From Chthoniobacteraceae bacterium (lineage in GTDB: Bacteria; Verrucomicrobiota; Verrucomicrobiia; Chthoniobacterales; Chthoniobacteraceae): 64,000 nucleotides of DNA. The notes under the pieces are model-generated. The model saw only the letters and a list, made by a program, of their open reading frames with translations, was not told the DNA's origin and did not search any database. Position 1 is the stretch's first letter, and each line of letters begins with the position of its first letter. Shown one piece after another: positions 8,474 to 18,420 of the stretch. The position numbers and the translations under genes were made by a program. The stretch spans positions 4,071-68,070 of the forward strand of contig CANFTB010000008.1 of the NCBI GenBank assembly GCA_947449735.1, read 5' to 3'.

Positions 8474-11107
8474 ATGATGCCTCGTCTTCCCCGCGCCCGT
8501 TACACGTGCCTGCTCGTCGCGATCGCGGCATTTACAGCGGCTCCAGTCCTCGCAAAAGACATCCTTCTCACGCCTACGGGCCAGCCCAACGCTCTTCAGT
8601 CAGCCCTTGAGGACATTCGACGGGAGCGGGTAGCGACGGGTGACCGCTCGCACGTCACCATTTCCCTCGAGGAAGGGACCTACCCGATCACAGCACCGGT
8701 TGTGCTCGAACCCATCGACTCGGACCTCACGTTCACCGCGCAGTCGGGAGCCCGTCCGGTGGTTCATGGGGGGAAGGAAATCAAGGGCTGGAGCACTGGC
8801 AAGGATGGCACGTGGACGGTGAAGATTGATCCACAATGGCAGTTTGAGGTGCTCTGGGTGAATGGCCAGCGAGCCACCCGGGCACGCACTCCGAACAAGG
8901 GCTTCATTCAAGCGGTTGGACAGCCTAGCGAGCCGGTTGAAGGCGTTCCGATGACGGGTCCGGCGTCCAAGACTCTCATCAGCATCGCGCCAAACGATGC
9001 CGCTCCTCTCGGATGGTTGTCCCCGGAGGAACAAAAGGAGGTCACCGTTCAAGTCTACCACTCGTGGGATGTGTCGCGGCTGAAGGTCGCCGCCGTCCAA
9101 GCCTCCGAAGGGAAACTCCAATTCACGGGCGGAGTGCGCGACTTTTTCTATCTCGAACCCTGGCACCGGCTGCGCTTTGAGAACTACCTTGGAGCGCTCG
9201 ACGAGCCCGGAGAATGGTTCCTCGAAAAGAACGGCACGCTTCACTACATTCCCCTGCCCGGCGAGAAGATCGAAAGCGCCAGCATCGTGGCTCCGATATC
9301 ACCGCAGTGGCTGGTATTCAAAGGACAACCTGACAAAAACCAGCGGGTACAGGACGTCCATTTCCGGGGACTCTCCTTTGCCTACCAGCAATGGACTACC
9401 CCCCAAAAGGGCATGCATGCGGGGCAGGCCGAGAGCAATCTTCCTCTGCCGGCGGTCGAGGCGAACGGAATCCAAGACGTCAGTTTTAAGGACTGCGATT
9501 TCGCCCATACGATGACCCACGCGATGTGGCTTCGCGCCGGATGCGCGAATTCAAAAATCGAGCACTGCCACTTTCACGACCTGGGCGCCGGGGGGATCTA
9601 CGTCGGCGATCCAGGCGTTAAAACGGACGCCCCGAAACACACGCACCACATCCGCGTGGAAGACTGCATTCTTCGCGGCGGCGGCCGGCATTTTCCCGCT
9701 GGCATCGGCCTGACTTTGTTCCATGCCAGCGACTGCACGATCCGCCACTGCGATATCGGCGACTTTTACTACAGCGCCGTGAGCATTGGCTGGACCTGGG
9801 GCTACGCTCCTACCGTTGCGGGGCGCAACCTGCTCGAGTACTGCCATCTCCACCATCTCGGGTGGGGTGTGTTAAGCGACATGGGGGCCGTCTACACCCT
9901 CGGACAACAGCTCGGCACCGTGGTCCATAACAACCACATACACGACATCGGCTGTGCCAGCTACGGGGGCTGGGCGATGTACAACGACGAGGGCAGCGTT
10001 GGCGTTCTTTGGGAGAACAATCTCGCGTACAACACCCAGACCGCCGGCTACCACCAGCATTACGGTCGAGGAAACATTGTCAGGAACAATATCCTGGCCT
10101 GGGGTCGCCAGGAGCAACTGCGGCGTTCCAAGCCCGAGGAGGCATTTGCGTTCGCCTTTGAACGCAACATCGTGCTCATGGGCGCAGGGAAGCTGCTCAC
10201 ACAACTCGACAAAAACTGGCACGATGGACGCGTGTTTATGGCAGACAACGTCTACTGGAATCCGAACGGGGCCGCGTTCGATTTTGCGGGAAAGACGTGG
10301 TCCGAATGGCAGGCCATGGGGAACGATGTGCGCAGCGTGATCGCAGATCCCAAATTTCGCGATCCTGCCCATGGGGAGTGGAGTCTCGCGCCGGATTCGC
10401 CCGCGCTAAAGCTCGGCTTTCAACCGTTTGACTGGAAGCTCGCCGGGGTGCTTGGCGACGCCAAATGGAAGGCGCTTGCCGCCGCGCCGCTCCCCGAAAT
10501 GGTATTTGGAGTAAAGCCACGCCCGCCTGCTCTAAGCCTCGTACAGGACTTCGAGAGCAGCTCCGAAGGCGCTCGAATGAGCGTCGGGCGGCACAACAAA
10601 AACAATCCGGCACTTTTTCCGGTGTCTGGAATTCCGGGCGCCAAGGGCAAATGTCTGGAAATACGAGACGGCCCGGACCAGGCGCCGGCGTTCGAGCCCC
10701 ACTTTTACTTTGACCCCAGCCATTACGAGGGAGAGACCCGCGTCTCCTTCGACCTCCGCATGGAGGAGGACTACCGTTTCCTGCACGAATGGAGGGATGC
10801 GGCCAGTCCCTACAACACCAGCGTCTATTTGAGCGTTGAAAAAGGTGTCGTGGCGGCAAACGGCAAGAGACTGGCTTCCTTCCCGCCACTGAGCTGGGTC
10901 CACTTCGAGATCAAATCCAGAATCGGTGAGCAAGTGGACGGCGCCTGGGAGGTGACGGTCACGCCGGAGGGTGGTGCTGCGCAGACATTTGAAAAGCTGC
11001 CGCCCCAAAAGAAGGCGCTTAAGGAACTGCGCTGGCTGGGTTTCATCAGCCCCGGCACAAAGCCCGCCAAAGCCTGGCTAGACAACCTCGAGATTCAGAA
11101 CAAATAG
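8474..11107 (+). CDS. Secreted right-handed parallel beta-helix repeat protein (probable glycan-active enzyme)
   Basis: Signal peptide MMPRLPRARYTCLLVAIAAFTAAPVLA. Repeated PbH1-like turns: HCHFHDLGAGGIYVGD, VEDCILRGGG, IRHCDIGDF, LEYCHLHHLG, VHNNHIHDIG, WENNLAYN, VRNNIL. Confidence 0.7.
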   Translation: MMPRLPRARYTCLLVAIAAFTAAPVLAKDILLTPTGQPNALQSALEDIRRERVATGDRSHVTISLEEGTYPITAPVVLEPIDSDLTFTAQSGARPVVHGGKEIKGWSTGKDGTWTVKIDPQWQFEVLWVNGQRATRARTPNKGFIQAVGQPSEPVEGVPMTGPASKTLISIAPNDAAPLGWLSPEEQKEVTVQVYHSWDVSRLKVAAVQASEGKLQFTGGVRDFFYLEPWHRLRFENYLGALDEPGEWFLEKNGTLHYIPLPGEKIESASIVAPISPQWLVFKGQPDKNQRVQDVHFRGLSFAYQQWTTPQKGMHAGQAESNLPLPAVEANGIQDVSFKDCDFAHTMTHAMWLRAGCANSKIEHCHFHDLGAGGIYVGDPGVKTDAPKHTHHIRVEDCILRGGGRHFPAGIGLTLFHASDCTIRHCDIGDFYYSAVSIGWTWGYAPTVAGRNLLEYCHLHHLGWGVLSDMGAVYTLGQQLGTVVHNNHIHDIGCASYGGWAMYNDEGSVGVLWENNLAYNTQTAGYHQHYGRGNIVRNNILAWGRQEQLRRSKPEEAFAFAFERNIVLMGAGKLLTQLDKNWHDGRVFMADNVYWNPNGAAFDFAGKTWSEWQAMGNDVRSVIADPKFRDPAHGEWSLAPDSPALKLGFQPFDWKLAGVLGDAKWKALAAAPLPEMVFGVKPRPPALSLVQDFESSSEGARMSVGRHNKNNPALFPVSGIPGAKGKCLEIRDGPDQAPAFEPHFYFDPSHYEGETRVSFDLRMEEDYRFLHEWRDAASPYNTSVYLSVEKGVVAANGKRLASFPPLSWVHFEIKSRIGEQVDGAWEVTVTPEGGAAQTFEKLPPQKKALKELRWLGFISPGTKPAKAWLDNLEIQNK

Positions 11108-11574
11108 CGCGGTGGCATTCAACTATCCAGCACCCGGATCACTACTCGGCATCCGGAAGGACTGTAGAAGGTCCCTGGCGCATCCCAAAAAAGGCGCGCA
11201 CCTGCTGCTGTTATTCAGGCAAATCGCATGCGGTGTTTGACCCCCGTCAGTCAGCCGGCATCATTCTCCGCAAATACGCATCAAACAAGGGAACCGTGAA
11301 TCCGGTGTCGCCGCAGACTCAAGGATTAAGCGCGGGATGCATCATTTCAAAGAATGTTATGCACTGTTACGAGCTTTCGTAATAAACACCGTAACCTTGG
11401 GTAACATTTTTAGATTCCGCCGTAAGACAGGCCCGAGACAAAGGTGAAGCTACCACCGAGCGCCCGCAGGCCCAACCCGGCTGCTTTGAAACTAAACTGT
11501 TCCCCATCTTCAGCTTGCATCATCCCTTCGAGGGCCCCTTGCGCTTGCTCCAAAAGGCGCGCAAACTGGACAAC

Positions 11575-11804
11575 ATGAGCACTGTTGAAATGCTGTTGGA
11601 AGAGCTCAAGCACTGCCCGCGCCGAAACTCGAGGCAGCGGCAGCCTTTATCCACCAGCTCAAGCAGGGCACGGAAGGCGTTCATCGCGGAAAGTTCAACC
11701 TGAACATCGAAGCTCTCTCCGCTGCGGACGGGGAGGCGCTTGCCCGGGTGATTGAGGAAAACTTTGAACGCGTAAACCCCAGTAATCCGAATCAGCCAAG
11801 GTGA
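11575..11804 (+). pseudogene. Frameshifted antitoxin-like small gene (DUF2281-like N-terminus); no partner toxin present
   Basis: The frame from ATG 11575 gives MSTVEMLLEELK, then low-quality basic/Ser-rich sequence. The frame shifted by 2 nt relative to the ATG frame, from about 11610, reads ALPAPKLEAAAAFIHQLKQGTEGVHRGKFNLNIEALSAADGEALARVIEENFERVNPSNPNQPR*, with the stop at 11802-11804. A 1-nt indel near 11608-11612 joins the two frames. Confidence 0.45.
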
Positions 11805-11812
11805 CAGCATAG

Positions 11813-11971
11813 ATGCCGGAGGCATGCCAGCCGGTGCTTAAGCGTAGCGACACCGCCGGAAATGATCGGAAGAAGGGCTGGCATCCCGCTGGGATGCGTG
11901 GTGTTTTGTGCTGGCATCCGGAGGTATCGCTGCACTCTACCTCCGGCTAATAGCTGCCATACCTCCGGCAT
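11813..11971. repeat. 159-bp segment bounded by 19-bp imperfect inverted repeats, with internal perfect hairpins
   Basis: ATGCCGGAGGCATGCCAGC (11813-11831) against the reverse complement of GCTGCCATACCTCCGGCAT (11953-11971) matches at 17/19 positions. Internal hairpins: GCATCCC-GCT-GGGATGC (11881-11897) and CCGGAGGTA-11 nt-TACCTCCGG (11918-11946). Confidence 0.55.
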
Positions 11972-12096
11972 GGGCGGTTTTGTGTGAGACCGTCTGCCCG
12001 CGCCGGGGTTGAAACAGGGACCGGTTCGCCGCATCCTCCCCCAGTTCCACACCCCCAGCCCTGGCTTCCACCCCGGACCGCCGCCCAGCACACCCC

Positions 12097-13614
12097 ATGA
12101 AACTCACCCTGCCCGTACTCTTACTCGCCCTGCTTTTCTCAACGGCGGCCCACGCCGCAGCCCTCGCGGGAAAGCGCCCCAACATCGTCTTCCTTTTCAC
12201 CGACGACCAGGGCTACGGGGACCTCTCCGTCCACGGCAACCCCGTGCTCAAGACGCCGCACCTCGACAAACTGCATGGCGAAGCGCGGCGTTTCACCGAC
12301 TTTCACGTCAGCCCCACCTGCGCCCCGACCCGAAGCGCCCTGATGAGCGGCCGCCACGAGTTCAAGAACGGGATCACGCACACCATCCTCGAGCGGGAAC
12401 GCATGGCGCTCCAAACCACCACCATCGCCGAGGTGCTACAGAAAGCCGGCTACGTCACGGGCATCTTCGGCAAATGGCACCTCGGCGACGAGGCCGAGTA
12501 CCAACCCGGACGCCGCGGCTTCAACGAGGTGTTCATCCACGGCGGCGGGGGCATCGGCCAGATTTTCCCCGGCTCCTGCGGGGACGCGCCCGACAACAAG
12601 TATTTCGACCCGATGATCCTCCACAACGGAGTCTTCGAAAAGACCCGGGGCTACTGCACCGATGTATTCTACGAAAAGGCGACGCAGTGGATGGACCAGC
12701 AGCGCAAGACGAACCAACCGTTCTTCGCCTACATCCCGACCAACGCGCCCCACGGCCCCTACATCGCGCGTCCCGAAGACAAAGCCCTCTATGAAGGCAA
12801 GGGACTCAAACCCGACACCGAGAGCTTTTTCGGGATGCTCCACAACATCGACCAAAACGTCGGCAAGGTCCTGGCTAGGCTCGAGGAATGGGGCATCGCG
12901 AAGGATACCCTCGTGGTTTTCATGAACGACAACGGCGGAACAGAGGGCGTGAGCGTCTTCAACGCAGACATGCGCGGCGCGAAGGGCAGCGCCTGGCTGG
13001 GCGGCACCCGGGCGTGTTCGTTCTGGCGCTGGCCAGGTGCGATCGCCCCCGGTGATTGCGGGGCGCTTTCCGCGCACATCGATTTTTTCCCGACGCTTGC
13101 GGAGATCGCCGGCGCGCCGGTTCCGGAGAACGCCAAGGCCCAGGTGGAGGGGCGCAGCCTCGTGCCCCTGCTGGAAAATCCCGCCGCGCCTTGGAAGGAC
13201 CGCACCCTCTTCACGCACCAGGGCCGCTGGAACAAAATGGTGGATCCCAACGAAGCCAAGTTCCGGATGGCTTCCGTGCGCAACACCCGCTGGGCCATGG
13301 TAAGCGAACAGAGCAAAACGCACGAACCGCAGTGGCAGCTGTTCGATCTGACAAAGGATTACGCGCAGAAGAACAACGTCATCGCGGAACACCCGGAGGT
13401 CGCCAAAGAACTGGGCGCGGCGTACGAACAGTGGTGGGCCGAGTGCCTGCCGCTCATGGTGAACGAAAAGGCCATGGGCCCGAGGATCAACCCCTTCCAG
13501 GAGCTTTATTACAAGCAGTTCGGAGGAAGCCCCACCGAGCAGGACCTGGCCAAAATGAATCCCGAGCTGGCGCTGGAGTTTGGCGCCAGAAGACCCGCGA
13601 AGTCGAAGAAGTAG
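12097..13614 (+). CDS. Arylsulfatase (formylglycine-dependent sulfatase family)
   Basis: Signal peptide, NIVFLFTDDQGYGDL, and the C-x-P-x-R signature SPTCAPTRSALMSGR. 505 aa. Confidence 0.88.
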   Translation: MKLTLPVLLLALLFSTAAHAAALAGKRPNIVFLFTDDQGYGDLSVHGNPVLKTPHLDKLHGEARRFTDFHVSPTCAPTRSALMSGRHEFKNGITHTILERERMALQTTTIAEVLQKAGYVTGIFGKWHLGDEAEYQPGRRGFNEVFIHGGGGIGQIFPGSCGDAPDNKYFDPMILHNGVFEKTRGYCTDVFYEKATQWMDQQRKTNQPFFAYIPTNAPHGPYIARPEDKALYEGKGLKPDTESFFGMLHNIDQNVGKVLARLEEWGIAKDTLVVFMNDNGGTEGVSVFNADMRGAKGSAWLGGTRACSFWRWPGAIAPGDCGALSAHIDFFPTLAEIAGAPVPENAKAQVEGRSLVPLLENPAAPWKDRTLFTHQGRWNKMVDPNEAKFRMASVRNTRWAMVSEQSKTHEPQWQLFDLTKDYAQKNNVIAEHPEVAKELGAAYEQWWAECLPLMVNEKAMGPRINPFQELYYKQFGGSPTEQDLAKMNPELALEFGARRPAKSKK

Positions 13615-13665
13615 ACCGAACAGACGCAACGCCCCCGTGGCCGGAGATCATTTCCGACCGCGGGC

Positions 13666-14634
13666 CTACTGCTGCGCGGGAAACGGCGCTCCGCCGATTT
13701 CCTTCCACGCCGTTTCAAGCTGGCTCGAAATGCTTTTGCCGACGAAGCGCTTGATCGACTCCTTGGACTTCAAACTGTCGATCACCTCCTCGAGAGCATC
13801 CTTCGCCTCCGCGGGCGTCTTGCCGGCGTCCTTCAGGCGCTTTGCCTCGCCCTGAAGCGCGACAAAGAAGTCGATCTGATCACGCAGCACCTCGGGGCCG
13901 CCCATCGGACCGTGCCCCGGGCAGATCACCTCCGCGCCAAGCGTCTGAACCGCGCGCAGCGTCTTGATCCATTCGGCGATGTTGCCGTCCCCGGTGTAAT
14001 TGTACGCCCCGTTGACGCACGCATCGCCGGTGAAAAGAATCTTCTCCTTCGGCATCCAGGCGAAGCCGTCGCCCGCCGTGTGCGCCACCCCGAAGTGGCG
14101 GAGTTCAACGCGCGTCCTCCCGTCGTCGAAAATAAGGTCGCTTTTAAAAAGCACCGAGGGCGCCTTCAATCGGCTTTCGGCGACATCCTTGCGCGCCTTC
14201 GCAGCCTCCTGCCAGCGGCCCGTTCCGGTTCCGCCGAAGCTTTGCTGTTCGTGCTTCTTCATCTCGTCGATCACCCCCACATGCGCCACGGGCACCGCCC
14301 CTTCCTCGTGCCAGATCTGGTTCGCATAGGCATGGTCGCCGTGATGGTGCGTGTCAAAGGCGAAGCGGATCGGCCTGTCCGTGAGAGCCCGAATCTTGGG
14401 CAGGATGACACGCGCACCCGAAGGAAAGTTGGCGTCCACCACGACCACGTAGTCGTCGAAGATGATCCACCCGTTGTTGCAGTGGCCCTTGCCGGTGATT
14501 TCGCCCTCGTGGAAATAAACTCCGGGCGCCACCTTTTGAACAACGTTCACCTGATCAGCGGCTGAAAGGGGCAGCAGGGATGCGAGGCAAAACAACGGAG
14601 CGAGGGCTTTGGGGCGGAACATGGAGCCAAGCAT
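13666..14634 (-). CDS. MBL-fold metallo-hydrolase (secreted)
   Basis: HHHGDH metal-binding motif, and a signal peptide MLGSMFRPKALAPLFCLASLLPLSA. The start is uncertain (14622, 14634 or 14712). Confidence 0.75.
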   Translation of the reverse strand: MLGSMFRPKALAPLFCLASLLPLSAADQVNVVQKVAPGVYFHEGEITGKGHCNNGWIIFDDYVVVVDANFPSGARVILPKIRALTDRPIRFAFDTHHHGDHAYANQIWHEEGAVPVAHVGVIDEMKKHEQQSFGGTGTGRWQEAAKARKDVAESRLKAPSVLFKSDLIFDDGRTRVELRHFGVAHTAGDGFAWMPKEKILFTGDACVNGAYNYTGDGNIAEWIKTLRAVQTLGAEVICPGHGPMGGPEVLRDQIDFFVALQGEAKRLKDAGKTPAEAKDALEEVIDSLKSKESIKRFVGKSISSQLETAWKEIGGAPFPAQQ

Positions 14635-14718
14635 CTGGAGGCACGCCCCTTTCGTCAAATCCATCCTGCGCACACCGACGCACCGGGGGCATTTCAAAAC
14701 CCCTGCTCCCAAATCTCC

Positions 14719-15915
14719 CTACGCCTCGGGAAGGTCCGCCACCTCGACTGCGACCGTGTACTCCCGGCCCTCGCGCACGATGTTTACCTGGACCTTGGAA
14801 CCCGCCTTCTTGTCGGAGAGGACCTTCTGCAAAGTGTTGGGATTCTCGATAATCGTTCCGTTGATGCGCACGATGACGTCGCCGATCTGAAGCCCGGCGC
14901 GGTCCGCGGGCGAGCCGGACTTGATGGAGGTCACCATCGCCCCAACGACGGCGCGCAGGCCCACCTGCTGCGCAAGCGCCTGCGTCAGCGGCGTCGTCAC
15001 CACGCCGAGCGTCTGGCGTTGCACGCGGCCGGTGCGCAGGATGCTTTCCATCGAACTGCGCGCGACATTCGAAGGAATGGCGAAGGAAATACCCAGCCAG
15101 GTGCCGGTGTTGGCGGAATAAATCGCGCTATTGATGCCGATGATTTCACCTCTGAAATTCAACAGCGGTCCGCCGGAGTTGCCCTGGTTCACCGCGGCGT
15201 CCGTCTGCAAAAACTCGACGCCACTGTCCCGGACGGCGCGCCCCTTGGCGCTGATAATCCCCTGGGTCACAGTTTCCTGCAGGCCGAACGGATTCCCCAC
15301 CGCCATCACCGGTTGCCCCACGCGCGTCTTGTCGGAATCCGCCAGAGGCAGCGCGGGCACCGGCCCCTTGATCTTCAAAACTGCGATGTCGGTGGCGGGA
15401 TCTGTTCCGATGAGTTCGGCGGGCTCGATGCGGCCGTCGGTAAACTGGACCCGGATTTCCTCCATCCCCGCGATGACGTGGTGGTTGGTGAGCACATGGC
15501 CGTCCTCGGAAACGATCACGCCGGAGCCGAGGCCGGTGGCCGTCTGCTCCACCACCCGCGAGCGGGGCCCGAAGAACAGATCAAACGCGTCGAGCACCAT
15601 GGGGACGCGCTGCCGGATGCGCTTCTGCGTGGTGATGCTGACAACGGCCGGCACGACGGAATCGACGAGCTTCGTGTACTCCTCCTCCATCGCCGCAAGG
15701 CCCGGGAGGCCGCCGGCGGGGAGCTTGGACTGGACCACCGGAGTGACGGGCTGGGAGACGTGCTTGAAAGGATCGGTCTGCGCGGACAGGGCGGACAGCA
15801 CGTCGTGCAGCTGCTGCTGGCCGGGGCGCCATTGCTTCCAAGCCAGGATTCCAAGGACAACAAAGACGAGGATGGTGAGCCAGCGGCGCATATAAAAAGC
15901 AATGGAACGATTCAA
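14719..15915 (-). CDS. S1C (HtrA/DegP-like) serine protease with C-terminal PDZ domain
   Basis: N-terminal TM segment, trypsin-fold motifs (LTNHHV, DIAVLK, GNSGGPL), and a PDZ-like C-terminus (GSPADRAGLQIGDVIVRING). Confidence 0.85.
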   Translation of the reverse strand: MNRSIAFYMRRWLTILVFVVLGILAWKQWRPGQQQLHDVLSALSAQTDPFKHVSQPVTPVVQSKLPAGGLPGLAAMEEEYTKLVDSVVPAVVSITTQKRIRQRVPMVLDAFDLFFGPRSRVVEQTATGLGSGVIVSEDGHVLTNHHVIAGMEEIRVQFTDGRIEPAELIGTDPATDIAVLKIKGPVPALPLADSDKTRVGQPVMAVGNPFGLQETVTQGIISAKGRAVRDSGVEFLQTDAAVNQGNSGGPLLNFRGEIIGINSAIYSANTGTWLGISFAIPSNVARSSMESILRTGRVQRQTLGVVTTPLTQALAQQVGLRAVVGAMVTSIKSGSPADRAGLQIGDVIVRINGTIIENPNTLQKVLSDKKAGSKVQVNIVREGREYTVAVEVADLPEA

Positions 15916-15997
15916 ATGCCACGGAAGATAGCGCCGCCAAACAGGGCCGGCGCGTTAACTCAGACAAGACTCAGGCGAGTGCGTTCAGAAAAAACAG

Positions 15998-16097
15998 AAG
16001 TTCACGCGGAGCCGCGGAGAGCTCGGAGAAGAATTAAACAAACACATGAACCAGAACTATTTAATTTCTCCTCCGCGGCTCCGCGCCTCCGCGTGGA
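15998..16097. repeat. Intergenic inverted-repeat element, copy 2
   Basis: GAAGTTCACGCGGAGCCGCGGAGAGCTCGGAG ... AT-rich core ... CTCCGCGGCTCCGCGCCTCCGCGTGGAA. It shares its termini with the copies at 2787-2887 and 28624-28726. Confidence 0.8.
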
Positions 16098-16111
16098 ATC
16101 TCTTTTCCGCT

Positions 16112-17392
16112 CTAAAGCGACCAGACGCTTTTGCCGCCGACGACGGTCCGCACGGCGCGGCCCTTGAGCTCCCAGCCGTGGAAGGGCGTGTTCCGGCTCA
16201 GTGAAAAACTGGCATTACGGTCCACCGTCCATTCGAGGCCGGGGTCCAGCACGGTGACGTCTCCGGGCGCCCCGGCGCCTAGCGTACCGGTCTCGAGGCC
16301 GAGCAGGCGCGCAGGGTTGACCGTGTACATTTCGACAAATCGGTTGAGATCAATCGCCTTCCGCTTGTGCACCAGGATGTCGAGGAACAGACCTACCTCG
16401 GTTTCGAGTCCGAGGATTCCAAAGGGCGCCTGGTCGAACTCCACCTCTTTTTCAAAGCCGCAATGCGGAGCGTGATCGCTTGCGAGGATGGTGATGGTGC
16501 CGTCGGCAATGCCCTCGATCAGGGCCTCGACGTGCTCCTCGCTGCGGAGGGGCGGGTTCATTTTAAAGTTGGTGTCGTAGCCGCGCAGGGAGGCATCGGT
16601 GAGGGCGATGTGGTGCGGGCAAACTTCGCCGCTGAGCGGAACGCCGCGCTGACGCGCCTCGCGCAGAACCCGCACGCTGCCCGCGGCGCTCAGGTGCTGG
16701 CAGTGGATCGGTGTACCGGTGAGTTCGGCCAGCAGGGCGTTGCGCTGGACAATGAGTTCCTCTCCCGCAGCGGGCCAACCGGGAAGCCCGAGGACCGTGC
16801 TCCAGTAACCCTCGTGCATGACGCCCTTGCCCACCAGGGAGTAATCCTGGCAGTGGTCCATGACGATGAGGCCGAACATCTTCGCGTACTCCAGCGCGCG
16901 GCGCATGAGTTCGTGGTTTTGAATGCAACGGCCGTCGTCCGTGAGCGCCACCACGCCCGCTTTTTTGAGCGCGCCGATGGGGGCCATTTCTTCGCCGGCG
17001 ATGCCCTTGCTAAGCGCGCCCGTGGGCAGGACGCGCACGCAGGCCTCCGCCTGCGCCTTCGCAAGCACCCACGCCACGACCGAGGCGCTGTCGATCGAAG
17101 GCGAGGTATTGGGCATGCACACAACGGTGGTGAAGCCGCCGGCCGCCGCCGCGCGCGCGCCCGAGGCGATGGTTTCCTTCGCAGACTGGCCCGGCTCGCG
17201 CAGGTGGACGTGCAGGTCGATCAGGCCGGGCGTAACGACGCGCCCTGTGCAGTCGACGGTTTCCACGCCCTCAGGCACGGCCGCACCCTGCGGGGCGACG
17301 TAGCCGTCGACCACCAGCACGTCGCCGACGGCGTCGCGGCGGTTTGCGGGATCGATGACTCGGCCGTTCCGAAGAAGAATGGAGTGGGACAT
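16112..17392 (-). CDS. pyrC: Dihydroorotase
   Basis: 426 aa with DLHVHLREPG, an amidohydrolase fold, and ASDHAPH. It is the last gene of the pyrR-pyrB-pyrC operon. Confidence 0.9.
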   Translation of the reverse strand: MSHSILLRNGRVIDPANRRDAVGDVLVVDGYVAPQGAAVPEGVETVDCTGRVVTPGLIDLHVHLREPGQSAKETIASGARAAAAGGFTTVVCMPNTSPSIDSASVVAWVLAKAQAEACVRVLPTGALSKGIAGEEMAPIGALKKAGVVALTDDGRCIQNHELMRRALEYAKMFGLIVMDHCQDYSLVGKGVMHEGYWSTVLGLPGWPAAGEELIVQRNALLAELTGTPIHCQHLSAAGSVRVLREARQRGVPLSGEVCPHHIALTDASLRGYDTNFKMNPPLRSEEHVEALIEGIADGTITILASDHAPHCGFEKEVEFDQAPFGILGLETEVGLFLDILVHKRKAIDLNRFVEMYTVNPARLLGLETGTLGAGAPGDVTVLDPGLEWTVDRNASFSLSRNTPFHGWELKGRAVRTVVGGKSVWSL

Positions 17393-17434
17393 AAAAGCGC
17401 TTGAGAAGTGACCCTCCGGCGAACCGCGGGACCG

Positions 17435-18415
17435 CTACAGCCATTCGCCCGAACGGGCGGCGTTGCAGAGGTAGAGCACCGCCATCCGGACGGCGAGGCC
17501 GTTGGTGACCTGTTCTAGAATGACGCTCCGGCCGCTGTCGGCGACGTCGCTGTCGATTTCGACTCCGCGGTTGATCGGCCCCGGGTGCATGACGAGGCAG
17601 TCCTCGCGCAGGCGCGCGGCACGGGCCTTGGTCAGGCCGAAGAGCGCGGTGTACTCGCCGAGGCTGGGGAAGTACTCCTTGCGCTGGCGTTCGTGCTGCA
17701 CGCGCAGGAGGTTGATGACATCGAGCTCGGGCAGCAGCGTGTCGAGGTCGTGAGAGATTTCAACGCCGAGCCGGCGCAGTTCCTCGGGCACTAGCGTGCT
17801 GGGGCCGACGAGCGTCACCTTGGCGCCCAGCTTGGTGAGCGCAAAAATGTCGGACCGCGCGACGCGCGAAAACAGGATGTCACCGACGATGGCGACGTGC
17901 AGGCCGGCGATGCGGCCCTTGCGTTCGCGGATGGTGAAGGCGTCGAGCAGAGCCTGCGTGGGGTGTTCGTGCGCGCCGTCGCCGGCGTTGACGATGCTGG
18001 CGTCGAGGCGTTCCGCCAGAAACTGGGCGGCGCCCGCGGAGCTGTGGCGGAGGACGATCATGTCCGCATGGAGCGCCTGCAGGTTCAGGGCCGTGTCCTT
18101 GAGCGTCTCCCCCTTCGTGAGGCTGGAGGCCGAGGCGCTCATGTTGATGATGTCAGCGCTGAGGCGTTCGGCGGCCAGTTCGAAGGAGACGCGCGTGCGC
18201 GTCGAAGGCTCGACGAAAAAGTTTACCAAGGTTTTGCCCCGAAGCGCCGGCACCTTCTTGATATTGCGGGTGCCGACGGTCTTGAAAGCCGCCGCCGTGT
18301 CGAGGACGAGGTTCAGCTCCTCGGCGGAAAGATCCTGCAAGCCGGTCAAATCCTTGCGCGTCCAGCGTGCCGGTGCCGGCAGTTGGGCGGCGGATGTTTG
18401 TTCTGCAGCACTCAT
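17435..18415 (-). CDS. pyrB: Aspartate carbamoyltransferase catalytic subunit
   Basis: [21 protein letters not shown] and HPGP motifs. 326 aa. Confidence 0.92.
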   Translation of the reverse strand: MSAAEQTSAAQLPAPARWTRKDLTGLQDLSAEELNLVLDTAAAFKTVGTRNIKKVPALRGKTLVNFFVEPSTRTRVSFELAAERLSADIINMSASASSLTKGETLKDTALNLQALHADMIVLRHSSAGAAQFLAERLDASIVNAGDGAHEHPTQALLDAFTIRERKGRIAGLHVAIVGDILFSRVARSDIFALTKLGAKVTLVGPSTLVPEELRRLGVEISHDLDTLLPELDVINLLRVQHERQRKEYFPSLGEYTALFGLTKARAARLREDCLVMHPGPINRGVEIDSDVADSGRSVILEQVTNGLAVRMAVLYLCNAARSGEWL

Positions 18416-18420
18416 AAGAT

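Noticed and set aside
11410-11613. Minus-strand 67-aa ORF ending in a Gly-rich hydrophobic peptide (AAGLGLRALGGSFTFVSGLSYGGI), considered as a bacteriocin-like or type I toxin peptide
   Set aside because: There is no convincing start or RBS context. It overlaps the antitoxin-like remnant on the opposite strand. No supporting neighbours (transporter, immunity, modification genes) are present.
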